Below are positions 23,124 through 33,475 of a stretch of 58,396 nucleotides of DNA, in pieces. Numbering within the stretch: position 1 is the first letter of the stretch; every line of letters starts with the position of its first letter. Source of the stretch: an uncultured Bacteroidaceae bacterium. GTDB lineage: Bacteria > Bacteroidota > Bacteroidia > Bacteroidales > Bacteroidaceae. The notes below the pieces were generated by a model, which saw nothing but the letters and a program-made list of their open reading frames with translations, had not been told where the DNA came from and did no database searches. Both the position numbers and the translations under genes were made by a program. The stretch is from contig CAZAIM010000001.1 of the NCBI GenBank assembly GCA_964485215.1, positions 1-58,396 of the forward strand, given 5' to 3'.

Positions 23124-25985
23124 GTGACACGACATGCAAGATACATACTGATAATTGTTCTGCTTTTTGGCCTGTACAGCTGTTCAAGCCGCAAGAAGAA
23201 CACCGTCACCACACGTGCATACCACGCATTCTTTGCAAAATACAACACGTTCTACAACGGGAATGTGGCATACGACAAGGCAATAAAGGCACAGATAAAC
23301 GGACACAAGGACAACTATCTGGAACAGCTTCCGCTACTCATAGTGAACAACGAGAATACGCGAAAGATTGGCGGCAGCGAATATGACAAGGCCATTGAGA
23401 AGTCGCAGAAGGCCATAAAGAACCACTCCATAAAAAGAAAGCCAAAGAAACCCGCAGGAAAGAAACTCTCCAAGAAACAGAAGGAATTCTATGCCAAGAA
23501 AGAATTCAACCCTTTTCTTTGGAAAGCGTGGATGATGATGGCAAACTCACAGTTCCAGAAAGGCGACTTTACAGAGGCCGCGAGCACATACATCTACATT
23601 TCGAGGCTATATGAAAATGAAAGCGACATTGTAGCAATGGCTCGTATAGGGCTTGCCAAATGCTATTCCGAACTGGATTGGCTCTACGAGACAGAAGAAC
23701 TGCTGCAGAGAATAGAAAGAGACACCGTACCAGAAAAACTGAAAAGGGAATTCGCACAGGCCAAAGGCAATCTGCTCCTCAAACAGGAACGGTATGAAGA
23801 AGCTATACCCCATATTGCAACGGGTATAAAGCGCAGCGGAATCACCGGACTCGAAAAAGCACGCGAATATTACCTGCTGGGGCAACTATATGCTAAGACC
23901 GGAAACCGGAAGGCTGCCTACAAGAGTTTCGGCAAGACTATATCCACAAGCCCACCATACGAACTTGAATTCAATGCACGCATAAGGCAGACAGAGACAG
24001 CATCGGACGAAAACCACAAGAAGATTCTCCGCAAGCTCAAGAGAATGTCAAGGTCATCGAAGAACAAAGAATACCTATCGCAGATATATTATGCCATAGG
24101 CAATATCCACCTGAGCCAGAAAGACACGGTTGAGGCTGTCAGGGCATATGAAACCGGCATTGCAGAAGGCGAATCGGGCGGATACGGAACAGCAATGCTG
24201 CACCTGTCGCTGGCCAGAATATTCTGGGAACAGGAGAAATTCTCATTGGCACACGATAACTACAGCAAAGCACTGCCACTCATAGGCGAGGAGACACCCG
24301 GATATGACGAAGTAAAGTTCCGCAACGATGTACTCGGCAGCCTTGTGCAGTTCACCGATATTGTCGAGAAACAGGACGAATTGCTTTACTGGGCAACATT
24401 GCCGCCCGAAAAACTGAACCCTATTATAGATGAGCGCGTAAAAGAAGAAAAGCGCAAGGAGGAACTGAGGAAGAGACAAGAAAAGAAACTGGAGCGCGAA
24501 AGCAAGGGCAGCGAGCTCGACAACGCCGGCAAACAGGCCGGTATGGAAATTGTGAACCAGAACGAAAAGCAGCAATGGTACTTCTACAATCCGCAGATGG
24601 TATCGCAAGGTATACGCTCGTTCAAGCAGAAGTGGGGCGACAGGGAAATAAAGGACTATTGGCGTTTCAGCCACGAGATTTCATCTCTTATGATAAGTGA
24701 CACCATTCCGCAGGACACAACACTATACAGTGACAGCATCGGTTTGGATTCCCTTGCAACAGACAGCACTCTGCTTGTTGCCGACATGGTACAGGAGAAT
24801 AGCCTGAACGACTCCATTTCAAACGACCCGACCACACGCGAATATTACATACAGCAGATTCCTGTAACCGACGAGCAGAAGGAGGCTGCACATAAGGCAC
24901 TGCGCAACGCGCTTTTTGAAGCAGGAATACGTTTCAAGGATAATGTAAACGACAAGGGTTTGACACTCAAATACCTTGAGCGCGTACCGGAAGAATACCC
25001 CGGTTTCGAAAGGCTTGCCGATACATACTACCATCTATTCCTTGCCTGCTCAAGATGGGATGAGCCGGAAAAGGCAGAGCTCTACAAGAACCTACTCGTA
25101 GAACACTACCCCGACAGCGCAATGACCAAGCGTGTACAGGAGCCCGACTTCTTTGACAACACGGCCACACGCAAGCACAAGGAAGACTCAATATATGTAA
25201 AAGCATATGCACACTACCTGCAGAGCGAATATGACAATGTCATTGAAGAAAACATATATTCAAAAGAGAAATACCCGCAAGGCAGTCACCGTGCACGCTT
25301 CATGTTCCTCGATGCCATGTCTAAACTCTACAGCAACAGGCAGGATGAGGCCTTGGCCGCACTAGGAGAACTTGTCGCAACATATTCGAGCGACAGCATA
25401 AGCATTATCGCCGGAGAAATTTCCACCGGAATAAAGGAAGGACGGCTGCTGCAAAGCGGAATTTCGACATCTATTTGGGAGCGCAAGGCCGACGGAACCA
25501 TCAGGAGAGAGAGTGACAGCATCCCTGCATTCACAGCCGAACGCAATGAGCCATATTACTTTGTACTGGCATTCCCGAACGGTACGGTCGACAAGCAACG
25601 TCTTCTTTTTGAGATGGCAAGATACAACTTCTCACGTTATATGATACGCAAGTTCAATATGACATTCGAGGAGCTGACAGAGGTTACCCTACTCCAAATA
25701 AAAGAGTTCCTTAACTTCGATGAGGCATTCGTCTACCGCAAACGCCTGTACGAAAACAGCGAGACAGCAAGACTACTCGAAGGAATAAATGCTATGATAA
25801 TATCCAAAACAAACCTTGATTTGTTATTGAAATACTATACCTTCGACGATTACCGCATTTTCTACGAGAACAATCTCCTTGGAATTCCGGAGCTGGAGAT
25901 AGACGGATACACTCTCGATGAGATTGACTTCAGCAGCGAAGAGGAGAAGAACGGCGAAAAAAGCGAGGAAGATGCTGTTGAGTAG
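23124..25985 (+). CDS. TPR-repeat lipoprotein, PorW/SprE-like T9SS component (tentative)
   Basis: It uses a GTG start and has the lipobox LFGLYSCSS. The post-lipobox motif RKKNTVTTRAYHAFFAKYNTFYNGN matches what I recall of SprE/PorW N-termini. Multiple TPR-like helical repeats follow, and the gene sits immediately upstream of porX. Confidence 0.55.
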   Translation: MTRHARYILIIVLLFGLYSCSSRKKNTVTTRAYHAFFAKYNTFYNGNVAYDKAIKAQINGHKDNYLEQLPLLIVNNENTRKIGGSEYDKAIEKSQKAIKNHSIKRKPKKPAGKKLSKKQKEFYAKKEFNPFLWKAWMMMANSQFQKGDFTEAASTYIYISRLYENESDIVAMARIGLAKCYSELDWLYETEELLQRIERDTVPEKLKREFAQAKGNLLLKQERYEEAIPHIATGIKRSGITGLEKAREYYLLGQLYAKTGNRKAAYKSFGKTISTSPPYELEFNARIRQTETASDENHKKILRKLKRMSRSSKNKEYLSQIYYAIGNIHLSQKDTVEAVRAYETGIAEGESGGYGTAMLHLSLARIFWEQEKFSLAHDNYSKALPLIGEETPGYDEVKFRNDVLGSLVQFTDIVEKQDELLYWATLPPEKLNPIIDERVKEEKRKEELRKRQEKKLERESKGSELDNAGKQAGMEIVNQNEKQQWYFYNPQMVSQGIRSFKQKWGDREIKDYWRFSHEISSLMISDTIPQDTTLYSDSIGLDSLATDSTLLVADMVQENSLNDSISNDPTTREYYIQQIPVTDEQKEAAHKALRNALFEAGIRFKDNVNDKGLTLKYLERVPEEYPGFERLADTYYHLFLACSRWDEPEKAELYKNLLVEHYPDSAMTKRVQEPDFFDNTATRKHKEDSIYVKAYAHYLQSEYDNVIEENIYSKEKYPQGSHRARFMFLDAMSKLYSNRQDEALAALGELVATYSSDSISIIAGEISTGIKEGRLLQSGISTSIWERKADGTIRRESDSIPAFTAERNEPYYFVLAFPNGTVDKQRLLFEMARYNFSRYMIRKFNMTFEELTEVTLLQIKEFLNFDEAFVYRKRLYENSETARLLEGINAMIISKTNLDLLLKYYTFDDYRIFYENNLLGIPELEIDGYTLDEIDFSSEEEKNGEKSEEDAVE

Positions 25986-26035
25986 AAGGGATTCCCTATA
26001 TTGACTTTTATTAGAAGCTGTTTAAAAGAACAAAT

Positions 26036-27592
26036 ATGGCACATAGACTTCTTTGGGCTGACGATGAGATAGAACTGCTGAACGCCCACATAATATTCCT
26101 GCAGAACAAAGGGTACGAGGTGACTAAGGTTACCAACGGACCCGATGCCATTGAGGCCTGCCGCAACGGCTCGTTCGACCTTATTCTGCTCGACGAGAAC
26201 ATGCCCGGACTATCAGGGTTGGAGACACTGACAAGAATAAAGGAGATACATCCGTCGACACCTGTCGTAATGGTAACCAAGAGCGAAGAAGAGGACATTA
26301 TGGAACAGGCCATAGGTTCAAAAATCGCCGATTACCTTATAAAGCCAGTGAATCCCAACCAGATTCTGCTTACGCTGAAGAAGAACATACACAGCCGAGA
26401 GATTGTAGCAGAGAAGGCAAACAGCGCGTACCAGCAGAACTTCGGGAAACTTGCCATGCAGATTGGTGATGCACGCACCATAGAGGAATGGCAGGAAGTA
26501 TACCGCAGGATTGTCTATTGGGAGTTGCAGCTCGAGGAAGCCGACAAACAGATGCACGAGATGCTGAAAGCGCAGAAGGAAGAGGCCAACAACATCTTCT
26601 CACGGTTTGTAAGGAAGAACTACCTTGAGTGGATGTCTGCTCCACGGCAGGAAAGACCATTGATGAGCCACGACCTGTTTAGGGAACGCATATTCCCGTT
26701 GGTAGACAATGGAGAAAAGGTATTCTTTATCATAATAGACAACTTCAGGTACGACCAATGGAAGGTTCTTGCCAATGAAGTCGGCAGCAGTTTCACCATC
26801 GAGGAGGAGCTCTATACAAGCATTCTTCCCACGGCAACACAGTATGCACGGAACGCAATATTCTCGGGGCTGATGCCAAGCCAGATAAAAGAGATGTTCC
26901 CCAAGCTATGGGTCGATGAAGAAGAGGAAGAGGGCAAGAACCTCAACGAAGAGGCACTGATAGAGACACAAATCGCACGCTACAGACGCAAGGACAGTTT
27001 CTCGTACAACAAGGTGCTGACCTCCACGGCCGCCGAGAAATATATCGACACAATAAACAATCTTGGCAAGAACAATATAAATGTCCTTGTCATAAACTTC
27101 ATCGATATGCTCTCGCACGCACGCACAGAATCTCTCATGGTGCGCGAGCTCGCAGCCAACGAAGCGGCCTACCGCTCCATAACACAGTCGTGGATAAGGC
27201 ATTCGGCAATAAAACGACTATTCGGCTACCTTGCAGCAAGCGACTACACAGTAGTAATCACGACCGACCACGGAAGCATACAGGTCGACACACCCACAAA
27301 GGTCATCGGAGACAAGAACACAAACACAAACCTGCGCTACAAGCTCGGCAAGGCCCTCAACTGCAACAGCAAGGAGGTGTTTGAGATAAAAGAGCCGTCA
27401 AAGGCATTCTTGCCGTCACCAAACATAAGCACCAGTTATATTTTTGCAGGCGGAAGCAATTTCTTCGCTTACCCCAACAATTATAACTACTATGTGCAGT
27501 ACTACAAAGGGACATTCCAGCACGGAGGAATATCAATGGAAGAGATGTTGGTGCCGTTTGTAAAAATGAGGGCAAAGCAGGCAAACAGATAA
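26036..27592 (+). CDS. porX: T9SS response regulator PorX (CheY-like receiver + PglZ/alkaline-phosphatase-like domain)
   Basis: 518 aa. The receiver is RLLWADDEIELL...LILLDENMPGLSG...VVMVTKSEE...KP. The C-terminal PglZ-type block contains FFIIIDNFRYDQW, SILPTATQYARNAIFSG, INFIDMLSH and TTDHG. Confidence 0.85.
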   Translation: MAHRLLWADDEIELLNAHIIFLQNKGYEVTKVTNGPDAIEACRNGSFDLILLDENMPGLSGLETLTRIKEIHPSTPVVMVTKSEEEDIMEQAIGSKIADYLIKPVNPNQILLTLKKNIHSREIVAEKANSAYQQNFGKLAMQIGDARTIEEWQEVYRRIVYWELQLEEADKQMHEMLKAQKEEANNIFSRFVRKNYLEWMSAPRQERPLMSHDLFRERIFPLVDNGEKVFFIIIDNFRYDQWKVLANEVGSSFTIEEELYTSILPTATQYARNAIFSGLMPSQIKEMFPKLWVDEEEEEGKNLNEEALIETQIARYRRKDSFSYNKVLTSTAAEKYIDTINNLGKNNINVLVINFIDMLSHARTESLMVRELAANEAAYRSITQSWIRHSAIKRLFGYLAASDYTVVITTDHGSIQVDTPTKVIGDKNTNTNLRYKLGKALNCNSKEVFEIKEPSKAFLPSPNISTSYIFAGGSNFFAYPNNYNYYVQYYKGTFQHGGISMEEMLVPFVKMRAKQANR

Positions 27593-27605
27593 AGGGAAGA
27601 TTTAT

Positions 27606-28037
27606 ATGGCAGGACATAGAATTACAATAAACGGACTTGATGATTACCCACGTGCAGCCAAGGAATTTGTGCAGTATCTCGGGAATGGACGCATATTTGC
27701 CTTCTATGGCAAGATGGGGAGCGGCAAGACAACGCTTATAAAAAGCATATGCGAAGAACTGGGAGTGGAAGATGCCGTGAACTCACCGACCTTTGCAATT
27801 GTCAACGAGTATCAGAGCGGCAAGGGAGAAACCATATACCATTTCGACTTTTACCGGATAAAATCGGTCGAGGAGGTATATAATATGGGCTACGAAGAGT
27901 ATGTGTACAGTGACGCATACTGCTTTATGGAATGGCCCGAACTCATTGAAGAACTGCTGCCGGAGGAGTGCATCAGGGTGGATGTAAATGAGGAAAGCGA
28001 CGGAACAAGAACCATCTGCATTACAATAGACGAATGA
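27606..28037 (+). CDS. tsaE: tRNA t6A37 threonylcarbamoyltransferase complex ATPase subunit TsaE
   Basis: 143 aa. It has the Walker A motif GKMGSGKTTL, SPTFAIVNEY, and the YHFDFYR signature of the YjeE/TsaE family. Confidence 0.85.
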   Translation: MAGHRITINGLDDYPRAAKEFVQYLGNGRIFAFYGKMGSGKTTLIKSICEELGVEDAVNSPTFAIVNEYQSGKGETIYHFDFYRIKSVEEVYNMGYEEYVYSDAYCFMEWPELIEELLPEECIRVDVNEESDGTRTICITIDE

Positions 28038-28058
28038 AAAATACAAAAGAATAGTGAT

Positions 28059-28388
28059 ATGTATATAAACGCAAACGCATCGGGAACCAGAAGAATTGAG
28101 GTTACAGAGACACAGTTGCAGATTATCAGGAGATATTCACTGCTCGACAGGATTGCCAACAGCGCAGGCATCATTGACGAGGATTCGCTGAACAAGCTGC
28201 GTCTCACTGTACGTTCATTGATTGCATCGCAGGCAATGGCCTCGAAAGAACTAATAGAACTATGTCTGGTGCTCTATCACGAGGATATGAAGGCGACAGG
28301 CCTTAACAACCTTGTCAAGTGCTACAACAGTTGGCTGGCGCAGGAAATTGGCATTGGCGACAGAGAAGAGGAGCAGAATGCAGAATAG
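28059..28388 (+). CDS. hypothetical protein (109 aa)
   Basis: ATG lies 21 nt after the tsaE stop. Amino-acid composition is balanced. Its stop overlaps the ygiQ start by 11 nt, suggesting translational coupling. I recognise no motif. Confidence 0.45.
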   Translation: MYINANASGTRRIEVTETQLQIIRRYSLLDRIANSAGIIDEDSLNKLRLTVRSLIASQAMASKELIELCLVLYHEDMKATGLNNLVKCYNSWLAQEIGIGDREEEQNAE

Positions 28389-30234
28389 AAAGGTTACAGA
28401 CTGGTTGCCCACTACACGCAAGGAGGCGGAACTGCGCGGATGGAGCGAAATGGACGTTGTCATTTTCAGTGGCGATGCCTATGTCGACCACCCCTCCTTT
28501 GGAGCAGCCGTAATAGGACGGTTGCTGGAAGCAGAAGGGCTGCGCGTGGCAATTGTGCCACAACCTAACTGGCAGGACGACCTGCGCGACTTCAAGAAAA
28601 TGGGACGTCCAAGACTATTCTTCGGAATTTCGGCCGGCTGCATGGACTCGATGGTAAACAAATACACTGCGGCCAAGCGTTTCCGCAGCGAGGATGCCTA
28701 CTCACCCAACGGCAAGCACAGCATGCGCCCGGAATATGCAACAACCGTATATTCCACCATACTGAAAAGTCTGTTCCCCGAATCGGCAGTTGTCATTGGC
28801 GGCATAGAGGCATCGATGCGCCGTTTCACACACTACGACTATTGGCAGGATTGCCTTAAAAAAAGCATACTGGCAGAGAGCAAGGCCGATGTGCTTGTAT
28901 ACGGGATGGGAGAACAGCCAATAACTGCACTGGCAAGAGCGATGCAGCAGCAGCTTGCAGAGAATGGAGCAGAGTATATCACAGCTGCCGATGCACGCAA
29001 CATTGCAAGAAGCACAAGGCAGACCGGTTACATTGCCGCAAGGAAGGAGATTCACTTCGACGAAGAGAGTGACAGAATGCTTGCATCGCATGCAGAGTGC
29101 ATAAAGAGCAAGGAGAAACAGGCCGCGAACTTCCATATCATAGAGAAGGAGTCAAACAGGGTGAATGCAAAAAGGCTACTGCAGGAGACCGATGAAGGCG
29201 TAGTAGTGATAAACCCTCCTTTCCCGACTATGACAACAGAACAGCTCGACCATAGTTTCGACCTCCCTTATACCCGGCTACCCCACCCCAAGTACAAAGG
29301 CAAGAGGATACCGGCATACGATATGATAAAGTTCTCGGTAAATATTCACCGTGGATGTTTTGGCGGTTGTGCCTTCTGCACAATTTCGGCACACCAAGGC
29401 AAGTTCATTGTGAACCGTAGCGAAAAAAGCATTCTGCGTGAGATTGAAGAGATTTCAAAGATGGAGGACTTCAAGGGTTACCTATCCGACCTGGGAGGGC
29501 CATCGGCCAACATGTACATGATGAAAGGCAAGAAGAGCGAGTTATGTGCCAAATGTTCGCGCGCATCCTGCATACAGCCGAAAGTGTGCCCCAACATGAA
29601 TATCGACCACTCCGCACTGCTCGAGCTATACCGCAAGGTAGACGCACTGCCATACATTAAGAAAAGTTTCATAGGAAGCGGTGTACGCTACGATATGCTG
29701 CTTCACAGAAGCGGTGACAAGGAACTTGATGCCGTAACCGACAAATACACCGAAGAACTGATAAAGAACCATGTCAGCGGACGCTTGAAAGTAGCTCCGG
29801 AACACACTAACGATGCCGTGCTGAAGCTTATGCGCAAGCCGCCGTTCAGACAATTCCACGACTTCAAGAAAGTGTTCGACAGAATCAACAGCAAGCACAA
29901 CCTTAAGCAGCAGATTATCCCATACTTCATAAGCAGTCATCCGGGCAGCACTCTTGAGAGTATGGCAGAACTTGCAGCCGAAACCAAGCAGCTCAACTTC
30001 CATCTCGAGCAGGTGCAGGATTTCACACCAACGCCTATGACAATGGCTACAGAAATGTACTACAGCGGCATGAACCCCGAGAACGGAGAAAAGGTTTACG
30101 TTGCACACGATATGCGCGACAAGGAGGCACAGAGAAGATTCTTTTTCTGGTACAAGCCCGAAGAACGCGAGGAGATTGCAAGGATTCTGCGACGGATTAA
30201 ACGCGGAGACCTCATCAAGAAATTAGGCGTATGA
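28378..30234 (+). CDS. ygiQ: YgiQ-family radical SAM protein (UPF0313)
   Basis: Start set at the internal ATG 28378. LPTTRKEAELRGWSEMDVVIFSGDAYVDHPSFG parallels the E. coli YgiQ N-terminus. The radical-SAM cluster motif CFGGCAFC is present, and HVSGRLKVAPEH lies late in the protein. Confidence 0.85.
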   Translation: MQNRKVTDWLPTTRKEAELRGWSEMDVVIFSGDAYVDHPSFGAAVIGRLLEAEGLRVAIVPQPNWQDDLRDFKKMGRPRLFFGISAGCMDSMVNKYTAAKRFRSEDAYSPNGKHSMRPEYATTVYSTILKSLFPESAVVIGGIEASMRRFTHYDYWQDCLKKSILAESKADVLVYGMGEQPITALARAMQQQLAENGAEYITAADARNIARSTRQTGYIAARKEIHFDEESDRMLASHAECIKSKEKQAANFHIIEKESNRVNAKRLLQETDEGVVVINPPFPTMTTEQLDHSFDLPYTRLPHPKYKGKRIPAYDMIKFSVNIHRGCFGGCAFCTISAHQGKFIVNRSEKSILREIEEISKMEDFKGYLSDLGGPSANMYMMKGKKSELCAKCSRASCIQPKVCPNMNIDHSALLELYRKVDALPYIKKSFIGSGVRYDMLLHRSGDKELDAVTDKYTEELIKNHVSGRLKVAPEHTNDAVLKLMRKPPFRQFHDFKKVFDRINSKHNLKQQIIPYFISSHPGSTLESMAELAAETKQLNFHLEQVQDFTPTPMTMATEMYYSGMNPENGEKVYVAHDMRDKEAQRRFFFWYKPEEREEIARILRRIKRGDLIKKLGV

Positions 30235-30240
30235 CAAAAT

Positions 30241-30270
30241 TGTGCGGCCAGGAATATCCATGGCCGCACA
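30241..30270. terminator. bidirectional terminator hairpin between convergent ygiQ and the rubredoxin gene
   Basis: TGTGCGGCCA-ggaatatcca-TGGCCGCACA forms a 10-bp perfect GC-rich stem. It lies 7 nt after the ygiQ stop and 26 nt after the rubredoxin stop. Confidence 0.6.
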
Positions 30271-30295
30271 ATTTCCATATACCGTTTTTTACGTT

Positions 30296-30457
30296 TTATT
30301 CTGTAACCTCAAACTCCTCTTTACCAACTCCACAAAGAGGGCAAACCCAATCCTCGGGCAAAGCCTCAAAAGGAGTACCAGGTTCAATACCTTGTTCGGG
30401 GTCACCAATCTCGGGGTCATAGACCCACTGACACACTGTACATATATATTTTTCCAT
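30296..30457 (-). CDS. rubredoxin (53 aa)
   Basis: Not in the ORF track; translated by hand. Product: [53 protein letters not shown]. It has the canonical CxxC...CPxCG iron site and the conserved Y.P..G, GT.F..LP.DW core. Confidence 0.9.
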   Translation of the reverse strand: MEKYICTVCQWVYDPEIGDPEQGIEPGTPFEALPEDWVCPLCGVGKEEFEVTE

Positions 30458-30613
30458 ATGAATATGATTTTATCATTAAACAATCTACACTGAAATAAGT
30501 TTGCAAAAGCGGTTCTGGATACATATCCTTTGTTCAACCTTAATGCACTGCAAATTTAACACATAATGCCATATGAGCAATAACTTTTTGGTTAAAGTAT
30601 TTTAATTTTAAAA

Positions 30614-31315
30614 TCATTTCAATAATGAAAGTTTCAAAGTAAGTTCCTTCACACCCTCCTGAGCACCTTTACGTATGACAATAATATCATCTATACCATT
30701 CACACTGACCTCGTTAGGGTCGATAAGGTATATTGGAACTCCTGCCGGCACATAATGCAGCAGACTTGCTGCAGGATAAACATTCAACGATGTTCCTATT
30801 ACAACAAAAATGTCGATACCACTCAATGCCTGTATAGCATCGCCCATACGCGGTACAGCCTCACCGAACCATACTATGAAAGGTCTCAACTGAGAACCGT
30901 CATCAGCAAGGTCGCCTATTGATATATCGGGAGATGATGGGGAAAGCACCTTTATATATTCCTCGCTTTGGGGAGAGTTCGATGAGCAAGCCTTCATTAG
31001 CTCACCATGAAGGTGAATTACGTTTGAAGAGCCTGCACGTTCGTGCAAGTCGTCAACGTTCTGGGTTATTATGACCACCTCATGACATGTCTCCAATTCC
31101 GCCAGGAGGCTATGCCCAAGATTAGGCTTGACGGAAAGAAGTTCCCGACGGCGTTTATTATAGAATTCAAGTACAAGAGCCGGGTTGCAGGAATAGCCCT
31201 CAGGGGTTGCAACATCCTCAACTCGGTAACCTTCCCATAGACCGCCGGAACCGCGAAAAGTGGCCAGACCGCTCTCCACACTCATTCCGGCACCAGTAAG
31301 TACTGCTATTTTCAT
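30614..31315 (-). CDS. cobB: Sir2-family NAD-dependent protein deacylase
   Basis: Motifs GAGMSVESGLATFRG, ITQNVDDLHERAGS, HLHGE and GTSLNVYPAA are present. This is the short Bacteroidetes-type sirtuin; the usual four-Cys zinc ribbon is absent, with only one Cys in that segment. Confidence 0.85.
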   Translation of the reverse strand: MKIAVLTGAGMSVESGLATFRGSGGLWEGYRVEDVATPEGYSCNPALVLEFYNKRRRELLSVKPNLGHSLLAELETCHEVVIITQNVDDLHERAGSSNVIHLHGELMKACSSNSPQSEEYIKVLSPSSPDISIGDLADDGSQLRPFIVWFGEAVPRMGDAIQALSGIDIFVVIGTSLNVYPAASLLHYVPAGVPIYLIDPNEVSVNGIDDIIVIRKGAQEGVKELTLKLSLLK

Positions 31316-31333
31316 ATTCTGCTATAAATGGAA

Positions 31334-31362
31334 ACAGGGAGAGAGCTTACGCCCCTCCCTGT
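31334..31362 (-). terminator. candidate terminator at the end of the fasciclin/SusCD locus
   Basis: ACAGGGAG-(13 nt)-CTCCCTGT forms an 8-bp stem 21 nt after the SusD stop at 31383. On the minus strand it is followed by TTCCATTTAT. Confidence 0.4.
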
Positions 31363-31382
31363 CTATTGATTGGTTTTATTTA

Positions 31383-33458
31383 TCACTCAACTGGATTTTG
31401 AGGGTCGAAATCCTCAGGAGTATCCTCTACCTTTCCTGGCTCTACAACTACACCGGGCAAGGGGAGATACCAGTTCTGCTCGTTGGTAAGCTTGTTATAA
31501 AGCTCAGCATCGAACATGAACTCTGAACTGCGATAACTTACCTCATTGTCATAAGCACGTCCTGCTACACGCTTAGCAAGTACATCTACGTCGCCCATAG
31601 CCTTTGAGAAACGTATAAGGTCGCCAAAACGTGTACCCTCCCATGCTAATTCAAGAGCAAGCTCATCGAGAAGAATGTCGGCAATGTAGTTCAAGGAATC
31701 CTGATATGTTACAGGAACCTTTATTGTCTCAACATTGTTAATCTTCTCCACATTGCCAAGATAGCGTGCAATGCAGGTATCGCTCAGAGAGTAATAGATG
31801 TTCCTTTCAGAGTCACCGGAACCGCGTGAGTGTATACCGCTATTATCCTCAAATGTGATGTCTGAGAAATCGTAATTCAGAGAATCGTCACAGTGTGAGA
31901 GATAGGTCTCCTGAACATAAGTGAACAGAGTATCTCCGTTCTCGAGAAGCTCGAAACCGTTCTTAATTCGTTCACCGTCAGCGTTCAGTTTGTCACGCTG
32001 TTCATATCTAGGGTTCTTCAGAAGCTGATAATTATGTTTTACACCCTCCTTGAGGACAACCATTGCAAGTTCCATCGCACCTTTGTATCCCTCACGCTCC
32101 ATACCTATAAGAGCCTCTGCGAAACGCAGATACGCATGTTCCTTACGAGAGAGAACCAGCAGGGTTGTAGGGATGTTGGAAGTGTGCATTGAAGGGGTTC
32201 CCGAAGCACTGATGACATTCTGCTCGAGATTGAACTTTGCAATAATGTTATTGAATTCCTTCTTCTCTTCATCATTTGTCATCTGTGAATAGGTTGTAGC
32301 CTTTATACGAAGGTCACCGGGGAACTCGTAATTGTGGCTGTACTCAACTGTTGCCTTGGGGTCTTCCGGGTCCTGTGCGTAACGGTAGACCTGACGACGC
32401 GCAAGTGAAATTACACCTGGAGAAGCATAAGCCTGCGCTGCACCAACCTCGTTCTGCGGAGAGAATACGGCAGCAAGGTTAGAGGTAGTACCGTAAAGGT
32501 CGTTAGCAGCAAAAGGAATTACCGCAAAGTAGCTATTGCTTGCGCTAGAGAAGTTGCTGAGGGCAAAAATTGTAGCAAAACTGTTTGTTGCATTCTTGCC
32601 ACCTTCTGAAGTATAATATGCACGCTCAGGACCGTCGATATATTTGCGAGCTGTATTGTTAGTGCCAGCACCGGTAATCTGGTCGTAGAAGCACTGCGCA
32701 GCTTTCTTGTAGTCACCGGCAGCAGCACGCCACAAATACATTTCACCCAAAAGCATACGCACAGGTACAAAGAGTTTCTTGGTTTCTACCTCTGTGCCGC
32801 TTGAACCGTAACCGAACTTCAACACTTTGCCGTCGGTGTCCCATGCTGGCATTGGGAATGCAGCAGGATTCTCATACGGAAGAATATCGTTGATAAGGTT
32901 TGTCAGCAGTTCCTCTCTTCCCAGCATCGGCTTCCTGAGAACATTCTCGGCAGCACTGTGAGAGAGAATCGGTTCAGTAAAATATGGCACCTGGTTGTAG
33001 TTTATCGCAAGCTGGAGGTAAGTCCATGCACGCACAGTCTTCACTGCAACATACTCAGGAATCATCAGTTTCACATTGTTCTTCTCAAGTGTCGTATCTA
33101 CACGCGCAAGATAAATATTACAATTATTGATTATTGCGTAATAGTCCTTTACAGCGAGATACTCGTTGCTCTCAAGGTTGAAAACGGATTTGCTTAACTC
33201 CTGTACATCAACCACAGCCTTTTCCTCGCTTATGGTAACAAGGTCGGCACGAAGCTCGTTGATGAGGATTTGACGGTCACCCACCTTCTGGACATTCTTC
33301 AGAATACCCAGCACTGAGTAAACAGAGTCATTCAAGGTCCAATCGTCAAATTCATACTCTACTCGGTCCGATTCTACATTCAACATATCCTCGCAAGAGC
33401 TGAAGAAGAACGCTCCGCAAAGCAGGAATGTCACTGTATAAATTAGATTCTTTTTCAT
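31383..33458 (-). CDS. SusD/RagB-family nutrient-binding outer-membrane lipoprotein
   Basis: The lipobox is FFSSCED. It is a 691-aa TPR-like helical protein encoded immediately downstream of a SusC-like gene. RAWTYLQLA, the AEALIGM-type helices and the C-terminal WYLPLP are typical of SusD homologs. Confidence 0.85.
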   Translation of the reverse strand: MKKNLIYTVTFLLCGAFFFSSCEDMLNVESDRVEYEFDDWTLNDSVYSVLGILKNVQKVGDRQILINELRADLVTISEEKAVVDVQELSKSVFNLESNEYLAVKDYYAIINNCNIYLARVDTTLEKNNVKLMIPEYVAVKTVRAWTYLQLAINYNQVPYFTEPILSHSAAENVLRKPMLGREELLTNLINDILPYENPAAFPMPAWDTDGKVLKFGYGSSGTEVETKKLFVPVRMLLGEMYLWRAAAGDYKKAAQCFYDQITGAGTNNTARKYIDGPERAYYTSEGGKNATNSFATIFALSNFSSASNSYFAVIPFAANDLYGTTSNLAAVFSPQNEVGAAQAYASPGVISLARRQVYRYAQDPEDPKATVEYSHNYEFPGDLRIKATTYSQMTNDEEKKEFNNIIAKFNLEQNVISASGTPSMHTSNIPTTLLVLSRKEHAYLRFAEALIGMEREGYKGAMELAMVVLKEGVKHNYQLLKNPRYEQRDKLNADGERIKNGFELLENGDTLFTYVQETYLSHCDDSLNYDFSDITFEDNSGIHSRGSGDSERNIYYSLSDTCIARYLGNVEKINNVETIKVPVTYQDSLNYIADILLDELALELAWEGTRFGDLIRFSKAMGDVDVLAKRVAGRAYDNEVSYRSSEFMFDAELYNKLTNEQNWYLPLPGVVVEPGKVEDTPEDFDPQNPVE

Positions 33459-33475
33459 TGTTTTATGTTTTTGGC

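Noticed and set aside
30289-30537. 82-aa minus-strand track ORF
   Set aside because: It is out of frame with, and overlaps, the textbook rubredoxin ORF 30296-30457. Its own product has no protein-like features.
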